Part shown: piece by piece, positions 17,504-26,840 of the stretch
How the letters are laid out: the number at the start of each line of letters is the position of its first letter
Position numbering within the stretch: position 1 is the first letter of the stretch
Source of the DNA: Dysgonamonadaceae bacterium
GTDB taxonomy: Bacteria; Bacteroidota; Bacteroidia; Bacteroidales; Dysgonomonadaceae
Assembly: GCA_028696875.1 (NCBI GenBank)
Contig: JAQVGF010000002.1
Span: 1 to 44,265 of the forward strand
Length of the DNA stretch: 44,265 nucleotides
Direction: 5' to 3'
Notes under the pieces: generated by a model
What the model saw: only the letters and a program-made list of their open reading frames with translations
Database searches by the model: none
Told to the model about the DNA's origin: nothing
Program-made: the position numbers and the translations under genes

Positions 17504-20491
17504 TTATTTGAGTCTTTCCTGAATCATTTCTTTAATTTCGGGTTCATCACCTTTGTAATTTGCTTGCAAACTCTCGAGGTATTGTCGTGCCTGAAAATTG
17601 TCGCCTTTTGCCTTGTACGTATCCGACAAAACTATAAGCGCACGCGCCAACCAATATTGATGAGGTGTAGTTTTTTGCATAAACTCTTTCACTTGTGCTT
17701 CGGCTTTATCATACGATTCCCAATTGTAGTAAGCCTCTGCCAAACGAAATTGTGCTTCTGCTCCATAAACACTCCGTGTATCGTTTGCAATGGCTTGGTA
17801 ATCGGCCATAGCTTTATCTACTTCGCGAACCTGCTGATACGCTTTGCCTCGCAAATAGTGTGCTTCGGTAAGTGTTTCGGGCGATAGATTTTTATTTTCC
17901 AGCAATTGATCTATTGCCCGCGCTGCTTCGTGATAATTATTCAATTTTGAGTTGGCTCGAGCCATTCCCAGTTGCGCTGTTTGTTTGTGTGCAAGGGATT
18001 GAGCAACGTTGCTCAAACGAGCGTAATCTTGCAATGCTTGCTGATAGTTGTTTCTGTTGTACTCTGTTTGCGCCACATAGGCCAATGCACTTTCAAGAAA
18101 TTTGCCATTGTTGGCGTCAACAACGCTTCGGAAGTGAGACATCGCTTTATCGGTATTGTTATTCTCATTGGCTATTACTCCTAAATAGTAATTTGCATCG
18201 CTACTGTAAGCACCGTTTGGATAACTCTGAAGGTATTTGCTCAATGAGTTTTGTGCATCACTTTTCGATCCTCGCATGTACAAATTCTCCGCTGCTAAAT
18301 AGGTGAGCGAATCTTGTCGCAGCGGCGTAATGCGCATACCTCCCGGTAAAGAATTGGCATATCGAACAAACGCATCAATGTCGTTCATGTCTTTATAAAC
18401 AGTCTCAAGCGATTGCAAAGCTGCTCTGGCATCTTCCGAGCCCGGGAAGTTTTGTATCACCAACTTGTAAGCTACTATGGCTTGTGGGTAGCGTTCGGCA
18501 TTGTAGTGCAACTGTCCCAATTGAATACCACCTTGTCTCGAAAGAGGACTTTGAGGAAATTCGGCGATAAGTTTGTTAAGAACGGTAACAGCTTCTCCTT
18601 CTCTGTTGAGCATTACCAGTGCACGACTTTTTTCGTACAATGCATCATCGTAATAATGTGAATTAGGATAAGCTCGCATCAATTCTTCCAAAGCATTTAT
18701 TTTACCTTGATAGTTGCGTTGCAAGCCCATCACAAAAGCTCGTTGGTAGAGTGCATAATCGGCACTTGCCGGATTTAAGGTTGAGGCTGAGGCGTAGTAG
18801 CGTTCTGCATCGGAGAAGTTTCTGCTAAAATAATAGGTGTCTCCAATTCTGTTGTGCGCATCGGCATATTCAGGTGCATTCCGATTGGTTTGTGCATTTA
18901 GATAATTCTGAAATGCGGTTCGTGCTGCAGCATATTGATTTTGTTTAAATCGGGCGTAGCCCAAATTGTATAGTCCCAACGCATAATTCTCGTTAGAGGG
19001 AGATGCTTCTTGTGTAAATGTTTGAAAATCTGCCGCAGCCCCCGAGAAGTTATTAATTCGATATTTTGATTCTCCGCGCCAGAAGAACGCATTGGTGCGT
19101 GCCTCCTTGTTGTAGGTTCCTAAATTGATGGTTTGATCGAAAAGATCGATGGCTTGACTAATATTGCCGTTCACAAATTGCTGTGTGCCCAATTGGAACA
19201 AAACCATCTGTTTGGCTTCTAAAATGCGTCGAGCAGGTTTGTCAATCCGGTTAATTGCCAAAAGAGCTGCGTTGTAATCTTTGGTTGTAAGAAATGTTTC
19301 AGCCAAGATATCATTTACTTGATCGGCATATTGCGAATTTGGAAATTCGCGCAAGAAATTTTCGAACAAGTTTATTGATTCACTAAAGACCGAGAAGTTG
19401 GTTTGATGTGTCAGCAGTGCGTAATTGAACATTGCCGTTTCGCGCGCTTTTGGATCGAAATTTACGCGTGAAGCTGCGGCAAAAGACATTTGCGCCTTTG
19501 GTTTATCGTTCATTTTCAGATAAGTTTGTCCCAAATAAAGATGGGCATTTTGACTCAAAGCATCATTCTCACCTGTTGCATATTGAAACATTTTAACCGC
19601 TTCTGCCAATTTATTAGCGTCTAAGTAAGAGAGACCCAAAAAGTATGCATCGCCTCGCAGCGGTTCATCCACACTTTGCTGATACTTTTCATAATGAGGA
19701 ATTGCGCGTGAGGATTGTCCCAATCGGTAATAACTGTTTCCCAAAACACGATACATTTCCGTCGTGTGTTCACTATTGGGATATCGTGTCACATACGCAT
19801 CCGCTAAGCGGATTGCATTTTCCAAATTGGCTTTAAAAAAGGTGGATTGAGCAGTGTAAAATGATACTTCTTGTGCGTATTCAGGATTGTTTTGTAATTG
19901 TTGAAAACGATTGAGTGCGGCATCGTAATTCCCATTGGTATATTCGATATATCCGTAGTAGAAATTTCCGGCATCGTGATATTTTTTGCTATTTTGAGCC
20001 AACAAACCAAACAAGCGAGATGCTTCATCTTTGTTCCCGGCTTGCAAGTTTGCATAGGCCGAACGAAAACTGTAATCCTCTTGTTCAGTTAGTCCTAAAT
20101 AATCGATGTTGGCTTGATCCAACCAAAAAAGCGTTTTTGCCCACTCTTTTTCATTGAAATGAAATGATCCGATCAAAAATTTCAGGTTGTTGTGATACAA
20201 AGTTTCAGGATACGTATCCAAATACTCTTTCATTACATCTCCACTGTTTGGGCTGTTTCGATAATAAGCAGATGCTGCTAACAGGTATTCAGCTTCTTCT
20301 CGTAAATTGGAGTCGGTTCCTTGGTTGAGGTATTCAGATAATAAATCGTGAGCACCCGTATAATTTTCTTCCAAAAACATTTCTTTCCCTTCGTTAAACA
20401 ACTTTTCGGGCATTTTATGATAAGCCGTTTTTTGTGCTGATGCAAATGAAAAGATGCCTAACACGCTTAACAACAAAATAATTTTTTTCAT
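17504..20491 (-). CDS. Large secreted tetratricopeptide-repeat (TPR) protein, 995 aa
   Basis: Signal peptide MKKIILLLSVLGIFSFASAQ. There are dozens of A..Y.LG..Y......A...F 34-residue repeats and several YbgF-like motifs (FP.S.YA..A.Y.LA). Its start overlaps the NUDIX stop by 4 nt. Confidence 0.8.
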   Translation of the reverse strand: MKKIILLLSVLGIFSFASAQKTAYHKMPEKLFNEGKEMFLEENYTGAHDLLSEYLNQGTDSNLREEAEYLLAASAYYRNSPNSGDVMKEYLDTYPETLYHNNLKFLIGSFHFNEKEWAKTLFWLDQANIDYLGLTEQEDYSFRSAYANLQAGNKDEASRLFGLLAQNSKKYHDAGNFYYGYIEYTNGNYDAALNRFQQLQNNPEYAQEVSFYTAQSTFFKANLENAIRLADAYVTRYPNSEHTTEMYRVLGNSYYRLGQSSRAIPHYEKYQQSVDEPLRGDAYFLGLSYLDANKLAEAVKMFQYATGENDALSQNAHLYLGQTYLKMNDKPKAQMSFAAASRVNFDPKARETAMFNYALLTHQTNFSVFSESINLFENFLREFPNSQYADQVNDILAETFLTTKDYNAALLAINRIDKPARRILEAKQMVLFQLGTQQFVNGNISQAIDLFDQTINLGTYNKEARTNAFFWRGESKYRINNFSGAAADFQTFTQEASPSNENYALGLYNLGYARFKQNQYAAARTAFQNYLNAQTNRNAPEYADAHNRIGDTYYFSRNFSDAERYYASASTLNPASADYALYQRAFVMGLQRNYQGKINALEELMRAYPNSHYYDDALYEKSRALVMLNREGEAVTVLNKLIAEFPQSPLSRQGGIQLGQLHYNAERYPQAIVAYKLVIQNFPGSEDARAALQSLETVYKDMNDIDAFVRYANSLPGGMRITPLRQDSLTYLAAENLYMRGSKSDAQNSLSKYLQSYPNGAYSSDANYYLGVIANENNNTDKAMSHFRSVVDANNGKFLESALAYVAQTEYNRNNYQQALQDYARLSNVAQSLAHKQTAQLGMARANSKLNNYHEAARAIDQLLENKNLSPETLTEAHYLRGKAYQQVREVDKAMADYQAIANDTRSVYGAEAQFRLAEAYYNWESYDKAEAQVKEFMQKTTPHQYWLARALIVLSDTYKAKGDNFQARQYLESLQANYKGDEPEIKEMIQERLK

Positions 20492-21012
20492 ATGGTCAAT
20501 TTTTGTAGTTTTTCAACTCCTTTTTTAATAGATGTGAGACCGAAGTCATCCGGATTTAGTTCTTCTTTGGGTATAAAAAGTAACTCAACCACATCGTCCT
20601 GAGCCTTTATGTTGCTGAAATCATCTATTTTACACTCGAAAAACATATCCATTGTATGAACTTCGAAGTCCGAATATACGTAAATATTGGGAATTGAGAA
20701 TAGGTATTTCACAGAAGTTATCTCCAAACGTGTTTCTTCCAACACCTCGCGGTGAACAGTTTCTTCAATGGTTTCGAACCTTGCGGCAAATCCACCCGGC
20801 AGATCAAACGTTCCTTTCGCCGGATCTTTACCCCGGCGAGAAACAAGAATTTCATTTTTTGAGTTTTCAATCACAGCAACTATTGCCGCTGCGGAATTAA
20901 AATAATAAGTGAATCCGCAATTGTTACATTTCTTAGAATCCTTATTGTTAACATTAAATTCATTTGATCCACATTTGGGGCAAAACTTAAAAAGAGAAAA
21001 AGGATGGTTCAT
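20488..21012 (-). CDS. NUDIX hydrolase with N-terminal zinc ribbon
   Basis: CPKCGS...CNNCG zinc ribbon. The Nudix box is GGFAARFETIEETVHREVLEETRLE (GX5EX7REUXEEXGU). Confidence 0.85.
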   Translation of the reverse strand: MNHPFSLFKFCPKCGSNEFNVNNKDSKKCNNCGFTYYFNSAAAIVAVIENSKNEILVSRRGKDPAKGTFDLPGGFAARFETIEETVHREVLEETRLEITSVKYLFSIPNIYVYSDFEVHTMDMFFECKIDDFSNIKAQDDVVELLFIPKEELNPDDFGLTSIKKGVEKLQKLTI

Positions 21013-21090
21013 TTTTTATACTGATATCTTTAATTGTGAATGGTTCAGCGCTATCATTTGTAATAGATGATTTTGTGATTGTGTTTTTAA

Positions 21091-21160
21091 GGAATTGTGC
21101 CGAAACAACTTCGTTTTAAACTGTTAATTTATTTCATTACAACCCTAAAGCTGAAACCAA
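21091..21160 (+). repeat. Left copy of the direct repeat flanking the baeRF-like gene
   Basis: GGAATTGTGCCGAAACAACTTCGTTTTAAACTGTTAATTTATTTCATTACAACCCTAAAGCTGAAACC aligns to 22807-22827 plus 22926-22976. Confidence 0.6.
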
Positions 21161-21350
21161 TCAATCTATTTTAATAATCTGTCAGTTTTTGTTTTCTTTC
21201 ATAAGAAAAGAATATGCAAATATACAAAAACTCATCCTGACTTCTTGTTGAGAACGCAATTGAAAGCGGGCATGAGTTAATTAATCTTTACAAGAAACGA
21301 CAAACGGTTTTTGTACCTCATACAACGCACACCATTCCAACTATTCACTA

Positions 21351-21392
21351 TTAATTCTTAGTTCTTAATTCTTAATTCTTAGTTCTTAGTTC
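21351..21392. repeat. Tandem heptamer array (TTARTTC)x6, which reads AAGAAYT on the gene strand, 8 nt 3' of the baeRF-like stop
   Basis: Read directly: ttaattc ttagttc ttaattc ttaattc ttagttc ttagttc. Confidence 0.9.
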
Positions 21393-21400
21393 TTCGCTGA

Positions 21401-22480
21401 TTAATACCTTGTTTTCAAAACAATTTCACCTAAATCATTGATTTCTTCTTGCTGAGTAAAAATTACTCTTCCTTTTTTCGAAATAATTTCCCATGCAATT
21501 TTACTGGTGATATCGTCAATAGCACCCGGAGTTGAGACATCGTCTACTAAGTCAAAACTATTATGCTCAGTCATTACAACCGGTTGTTTAAAATCCTGAT
21601 GAACCACTAACAGCTCTCCTCTCCCTTCAACAGCAGCTTTGTAGATTTCGTTCAAATCTGTAAGAACATTACCTCTCGAAACGGCATCCTTCACAGTGTT
21701 TATATCTTTTGTGCGTCGTTTCGATTGCAACTCTTCAATGAATTTCCACGTTTGTTTTACCACTTGATGAGGTGCAGATTTATTGTAATTTACAGTAACA
21801 TATCCGTGATATACGCTTGGCTTGTCAGCTACTTGCATCAAAAAGCTGTAATTGGTATTGGTGCTAACTACCACGCAATTCAAATCGGTTTCGCTGTGAA
21901 CCTTTACCAATGCCTTGTCAATCCGATTAAAAAAGTTTCTGACTAAATCATCCACATACTTCGCATCACCCAATTTCTCAGGATAAAGAGTGTAAGGTAT
22001 ATTTTCCGTAAATGGAAAATCTTCGTTTTTAATTTCTTGGATAATTCCGTCGTTTACTGCTTCGTATAGGTTAACTTCACTTTGTGATAGAACCATTATT
22101 AGATATGGTTCACTTCTGTTGTATGCTTTAATCAATGGTCTGATAGCAAATCGAGGTGAAACATTTACTCTATTGGTGGTTGCTTCCCAGGGTGATTTTA
22201 CAACTTCTTTTGTGTCGTTCGACAAAAATATATGCAAACTATCCAGGTTGGCATTCCAATCTATTTCGTCTTTGATTGTTGATATTTTATTCAATAAACT
22301 TTCAACAGACTTCTTATCATACTCTTTTGTTACTCTATCTTTTGCCTCTTTCAGTAAATTTTTCAGAAGTATTTTATCTTGTGCATTCTTAGGACGTGCA
22401 CGATGTGTATTAAACGATATAGTAACACACGGATTGTTTTGTTCTGCCCCTAATTGTTGTAAAGTTTCTTTTAATGCCAT
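21401..22480 (-). CDS. eRF1/Pelota-like protein, probable bacterial archaeo-eukaryotic release-factor-like (baeRF) family member
   Basis: The C-terminal GNVLTDLNEIYKAAVEGRGELLVVHQDF follows the eRF1/Dom34 domain-3 pattern (G..ev..A.e.G.ve.LLV). The N-terminal PCVTISFNTHRARPKNAQDKILLKNLLKEA resembles baeRF family openings as I recall them. I did not see a GGQ motif. The call is not verified by any search. Confidence 0.5.
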   Translation of the reverse strand: MALKETLQQLGAEQNNPCVTISFNTHRARPKNAQDKILLKNLLKEAKDRVTKEYDKKSVESLLNKISTIKDEIDWNANLDSLHIFLSNDTKEVVKSPWEATTNRVNVSPRFAIRPLIKAYNRSEPYLIMVLSQSEVNLYEAVNDGIIQEIKNEDFPFTENIPYTLYPEKLGDAKYVDDLVRNFFNRIDKALVKVHSETDLNCVVVSTNTNYSFLMQVADKPSVYHGYVTVNYNKSAPHQVVKQTWKFIEELQSKRRTKDINTVKDAVSRGNVLTDLNEIYKAAVEGRGELLVVHQDFKQPVVMTEHNSFDLVDDVSTPGAIDDITSKIAWEIISKKGRVIFTQQEEINDLGEIVLKTRY

Positions 22481-22520
22481 AGTTTAATTTTTTTAATCTG
22501 TTTTATTAAAAATGCTGTAT

Positions 22521-22553
22521 GCGCAATTGCGCTTCAAAAAAGAGCTTTGAAGC
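22521..22553. promoter_or_regulatory. Perfect 12-bp palindrome GCGCAATTGCGC fused to an 8-bp-stem hairpin, upstream of the baeRF-like gene
   Basis: GCGCAATTGCGC occupies 22521-22532. GCTTCAAA (22531-38) pairs with TTTGAAGC (22546-53). The structure is 41-73 nt upstream of the start codon at 22480. Confidence 0.3.
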
Positions 22554-22806
22554 TGTTAAGCCCTCTCAATATAAACGTCTGTTTTGATAGAATGTTTTTG
22601 AAGAAACTGCTTTGATTGAGTTTTTGTGGATAAAATATTTAATAAATGTCTTTAGCGGGTTCTATGAAGAAGATTCCGATTCTCAATAAAAACAACTTTC
22701 ATTTTCTGAAAGTATTAAATCTTATGATCCTTTTTTAATTTCTGCAACGAACTAACTTTCTTATCAAATGCTCAATAAAGAATGTTTTTCTGGCAGACAC
22801 TACTTA

Positions 22807-22976
22807 GGGATTGTGCCGAAAAAACTTGACGCCTTAAACTTGCTCTTTTGTCCTTTAACTTCCTTGAAAATTCATTAAATAGCTCGCTATTCGCAGAGTT
22901 CTCAAGTTGTTAACGAATAAAATAGCTTCGTTTCAAACAGTCACCTTATTTCATTGCAAACCTTTAGGTTTGGTCT
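22807..22976 (+). repeat. Right copy of the direct repeat flanking the baeRF-like gene (with a ~100-bp insert relative to the left copy)
   Basis: GGGATTGTGCCGAAAAAACTT (22807-27), then CTTCGTTTCAAACAGTCACCTTATTTCATTGCAAACCTTTAGGTTTGGTC (22926-76). Confidence 0.6.
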
Positions 22977-22990
22977 AAAATCATATTTTT

Positions 22991-24118
22991 TTATACCCGA
23001 AGAAATACTTCCTTCTTATAAAGAAGATATAAGAACATCCATTTCACAAATATTGCACAAATGCCTAATACAACAATGTCATATGGCTCACCAATCAATT
23101 GACCAAACCATGCAAAGAATGCATTTGTAGTGTATCCCCAATTAATGAACACTCCGGAGATATAAATTAAGATAGAGTTCATTCCAACAACTTTGAAAAA
23201 GAATGCCCACTTTTTATATCCCAAAACGTCGATGACATAATAAAAGAAAGACATAAAGAGTAAGCTAATTCCACCTGTATGCATTACAAAAGAACTGCTC
23301 CATAAGTTTTTGTTGATAGGAAAATCGAGGTTCCAGAGTTGTGCCAATCCGAGAAGAAGAACTCCTACAACAGCCATTGTTATTGCTTTACGTGTTGGTG
23401 TAAAATTCTCACTTCTAAGTAAGTTGCCTGTAAATATCCCCAATAAGCCGGTGCCTATTGCAGGAATAGTTGCAATCAATCCTTCCGGATCATGAATGCC
23501 CAAATAGAGTTTGCCGGGGATAATCATTCTGTCAATATAGGAAGCAAAATTGCCTTCCATAGTTAAGTCACCCATCGTAAATCCCGGTGCAGATGTGAAC
23601 TTCAATATCAACCAGTACCCAATTAATATTCCAATAAACCAAATATATTGGAATGTTTTGCCGGCATACAGATAAATAATGTTCGCAAACATATAGGCCA
23701 AACCTATTCTTCCTAACACACTTGGAAAGCGAATTTCTTCAATAGGCATCAAACGGAGACCATTGTTATAAATAACACCTAATAAAACCAAAATCAATCC
23801 TCTTCTAATTACTCGCAGAAGAAGTTGTTCACGGCTTTTGCCTTTTTTTCGCTGACTGTCAATAGAGAAAGGTGTAGAAACTCCGGCCATAAACAAAAAT
23901 AATGGAAAGATTAAGTCGTACATATGAAAACCATTCCAAGCGGGATGTGTCAATTGATTGGCAATTCCTTCCCAAATGGGGGATCCGGTTATTTTGGCTA
24001 AGTTGCTAAAAACGCCACCTGCTCCCATAATCCAAAACATATCAAAACCACGTAATGCGTCAAGCGAATAAAGCCGCATCGACACAGGAACACCTCTTTG
24101 TGTACTCTTCGTTTTCAT
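22991..24118 (-). CDS. DUF5009/DUF1624-type membrane acyltransferase (NagX / heparan-alpha-glucosaminide N-acetyltransferase-like)
   Basis: The N-terminal RLYSLDALRGFDMFWIMG motif is characteristic of this family. About 10 TM helices, 375 aa. Confidence 0.65.
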   Translation of the reverse strand: MKTKSTQRGVPVSMRLYSLDALRGFDMFWIMGAGGVFSNLAKITGSPIWEGIANQLTHPAWNGFHMYDLIFPLFLFMAGVSTPFSIDSQRKKGKSREQLLLRVIRRGLILVLLGVIYNNGLRLMPIEEIRFPSVLGRIGLAYMFANIIYLYAGKTFQYIWFIGILIGYWLILKFTSAPGFTMGDLTMEGNFASYIDRMIIPGKLYLGIHDPEGLIATIPAIGTGLLGIFTGNLLRSENFTPTRKAITMAVVGVLLLGLAQLWNLDFPINKNLWSSSFVMHTGGISLLFMSFFYYVIDVLGYKKWAFFFKVVGMNSILIYISGVFINWGYTTNAFFAWFGQLIGEPYDIVVLGICAIFVKWMFLYLLYKKEVFLRV

Positions 24119-24395
24119 CTCAATTTTAGATGTTAAGTTTCATTTACTATTGTTGACTTTAAATCTTTATATATTTTTTCAGATCTCTTTTAATTTGCGT
24201 TTGTAAGAGAAGTGCTTTTTTTAAATTTTTGATAAGAAAAGGGCAACACAGCGACAAGCTCAGTGACTGCAGTTCCGCCGTGGCGGGATAAAATCGAGGA
24301 GTTTACTTTAGTAAATAATTTCCTTTATTATTGATTGTAAAAACTTGAATAAATCGGTATTCAACCTTTTCTTGCTAAGATTAACTGTAGTTGAA

Positions 24396-25505
24396 CTATC
24401 TCATAGTAACCTGCACTATATTTGTTGGAGGCAAATCTCTATTACGTTTGTCCACAGCCTTCACAATGTTGTCTGCCAGCTCATTAAAGGCCATTCCCGT
24501 AACGCTGTCAGCGTTCAATGCAACAGGTTTTCCATCGTCGCCACCTTCACGAATGCTTTGCACTAATGGTATTTGACCCAATAGTTCATAACCCTTCTCT
24601 TCGGCAAGTTTCTTACACCCTTCTTTTCCAAAGATATAGTATTTGTTTTCGGGGAGTTCTGCCGGAGTAAACCATGCCATGTTTTCTACCAAACCCAAAA
24701 TTGGAATATTTACCTTATCACCGGCAAACATACTAATTCCTTTTTTGGCATCTGCCAAAGCAACTTCCTGAGGTGTGCTTACAATAACAGCTCCGGTTAT
24801 AGGTAATGTTTGAACCAACGTTAAGTGGATATCGCTTGTTCCGGGTGGAAAATCAATCAAAAAATAATCAAGTTCTCCCCAATCTGCATCTCCAATCAGT
24901 TGTTTCAATGCATTGCTTGCCATTGCCCCACGCCAAACCACAGCGTCATCTTTTTTAACAAAAAAACCTATCGATAGCATTTTCACTCCGTAGTTGCTAA
25001 TAGGTACAATCAGATCGCGACCATCTTTCTTTTCCAACATTGGAGCTTCGTCCTCCACCGAAAGCATTTTAGGGATGGACGGGCCAAATATATCCGCATC
25101 CAACAAACCCACTTTGTATCCTTTTTGCGCCAGTGCAATGGCAAGGTTCGTGCAAACGGTGCTTTTGCCAACGCCTCCTTTGCCCGATGCAACCGCAATA
25201 ATGTTTTTCACATCCGGCAATAGTTTTGTCAATGCAGGACGTGGGGCTTGCTTCGATTTTACTGCTATATTACCTTTTATCTCAATATCTTTATCGGCAT
25301 GAGTTAGAATTGCCTGCTCCGCCATTTTCACAACCGATTTTATAAACGGGTCATTTTGTTTTTCGGTAATGAGCGAAAAGCTCACTTTCTTTCCTTCAAT
25401 TTTGATATCATCTTCCACCATTCCGGCAGCCACAATGTCTTGTCCCGTCCCGGGATAGCGTACATTTTTTAGCGCATCTAAAATCAACTGGGGATATATT
25501 GCCAT
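24396..25505 (-). CDS. apbC: Mrp/NBP35 (ApbC) iron-sulfur cluster carrier ATPase
   Basis: N-terminal DUF59-like domain, deviant Walker A SGKGGVGKST, the CxxC-region equivalent, and a ParA/MinD fold. 369 aa is typical of Bacteroidota Mrp. Confidence 0.9.
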   Translation of the reverse strand: MAIYPQLILDALKNVRYPGTGQDIVAAGMVEDDIKIEGKKVSFSLITEKQNDPFIKSVVKMAEQAILTHADKDIEIKGNIAVKSKQAPRPALTKLLPDVKNIIAVASGKGGVGKSTVCTNLAIALAQKGYKVGLLDADIFGPSIPKMLSVEDEAPMLEKKDGRDLIVPISNYGVKMLSIGFFVKKDDAVVWRGAMASNALKQLIGDADWGELDYFLIDFPPGTSDIHLTLVQTLPITGAVIVSTPQEVALADAKKGISMFAGDKVNIPILGLVENMAWFTPAELPENKYYIFGKEGCKKLAEEKGYELLGQIPLVQSIREGGDDGKPVALNADSVTGMAFNELADNIVKAVDKRNRDLPPTNIVQVTMR

Positions 25506-25650
25506 AGTTTTCTGTTTTATTATCGATCCATCAACATTATAACGTTGAGCACGTTTAGGTGATGGATTCTAATTTATGATTATTTTTTTATTTTTTTTCT
25601 ATATCTTTTCTTTGAATAAATTGCAATTTACGACTTTTTCGACAAACGTG

Positions 25651-26415
25651 TCAATATTTTCCTGCTTTAATGGATTCTAAATTCTGATTCCGTCCAAAAC
25701 TCCGATAGGAATCCTGTTCAATTTCGATATCCGGTTCAATCCAGTTTTCTTTTTGGGGAGACATAAATTTGATGTACTTGATGTTTAGACCCTTATCAAT
25801 CCACTGCTTTTCGTAGAACGTTTGAATCGATAAAATATCATCTTCAATGTTTGAATTATATAAATCATCGGTATCAAAAAGAACTTTCAGTTCATTCTCT
25901 TCAATCATAGCTTTTGTATAGATATACAAAAAGTTGCTGTCCGTTTTGAGATGAATGATGCCATCGTCTTTCAACAGCTTACTATATTCCTTCATAAATC
26001 GGCAAGAGGTAAGCCGTTTGTTTACTTTTTTCATTTGTGGATCAGGAAAAGTAATCCATATTTCCGATATTTCTTTTGGGTCGAAAAAATGTGCAATCAG
26101 CTCAATGTGAGTTCTAACAAAAGCCACGTTTACCAAATTGTTTTTGATGGCATCGGTTGCCCCTGTCCACATACGCGCACCTTTAATGTCCATCCCAATA
26201 AAATTCTTATCGGGGAAAAAGCGTGCCAGACCAACAGTATACTCACCTTTTCCACAACCCAATTCCAGCACAATAGGATTGTCGTTCTTGAAATACTCTT
26301 CTCTCCATTTTCCTTTCAAAAGAAAAGTTTTTGTTTGCAGTTGTTGAAAAGTATATTCAAAAACATTTTTATAGGTTGCTATTTCGGCAAATTTTGTCAG
26401 TTTATTTTTTCTCAT
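25651..26415 (-). CDS. trmB: tRNA (guanine46-N7)-methyltransferase
   Basis: [18 protein letters not shown] motif, then FPDPQMKK and LKTDS blocks. There is a ~30-aa C-terminal extension. Confidence 0.85.
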   Translation of the reverse strand: MRKNKLTKFAEIATYKNVFEYTFQQLQTKTFLLKGKWREEYFKNDNPIVLELGCGKGEYTVGLARFFPDKNFIGMDIKGARMWTGATDAIKNNLVNVAFVRTHIELIAHFFDPKEISEIWITFPDPQMKKVNKRLTSCRFMKEYSKLLKDDGIIHLKTDSNFLYIYTKAMIEENELKVLFDTDDLYNSNIEDDILSIQTFYEKQWIDKGLNIKYIKFMSPQKENWIEPDIEIEQDSYRSFGRNQNLESIKAGKY

Positions 26416-26437
26416 AGTGTTACCTTGAAATATTCAA

Positions 26438-26445
26438 CAAAGTTA
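26438..26445 (-). promoter_or_regulatory. -7 box (TAACTTTG on the minus strand) for trmB
   Basis: The plus strand reads CAAAGTTA, 23 nt upstream of the trmB start. Confidence 0.3.
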
Positions 26446-26781
26446 AACAAATTGCAGTTGTTAGCAATTCGCTTTTTGTCATTTATAAATGCCTCTTTTA
26501 TCAAATTCTGTTTCTCAATCGGCATATATCTCCCATTAAATGACGTTTTCAATTAAATTAAATACGAAATAAAACATGCTTTCATTTTGTAAGTAGTATG
26601 TGTGATTTTTGAGAATGAAAGTGTGATAATTGAATTGATTGTTTTCATTTTGAGCCTTTCTCTGATTATATCTAACATATTGGTTGTAACAATTCTAAGA
26701 GCAAAGAATAAAACAACAATCAACAGCTCTTTTTTTCAGAATTAAGTCGATTATAATTTGTGCAAGTATCAATTTAATACT

Positions 26782-26789
26782 TACCTTTG
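26782..26789 (+). promoter_or_regulatory. -7 box TACCTTTG for gdhA
   Basis: Matches TAnnTTTG, 52 nt upstream of the ATG at 26841. Confidence 0.35.
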
Positions 26790-26840
26790 AGACATATAAA
26801 TACAAAAAATGTTTATCATAAATACAAAAACCTTTATAAC

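Noticed and set aside
25951-26556. A 201-aa plus-strand ORF antisense to trmB
   Set aside because: It lies almost entirely inside the well-supported trmB gene on the opposite strand. Its translation is low-complexity and F/K/I-rich, with no recognisable motifs. This is a typical antisense shadow ORF in AT-rich DNA.
26787-26840. The N-terminal 18-aa extension of gdhA suggested by the ORF track
   Set aside because: The extension (MRHINTKNVYHKYKNLYN) is not GDH-like and overlaps the predicted -7 box. The ATG at 26841 gives the canonical 445-aa protein.
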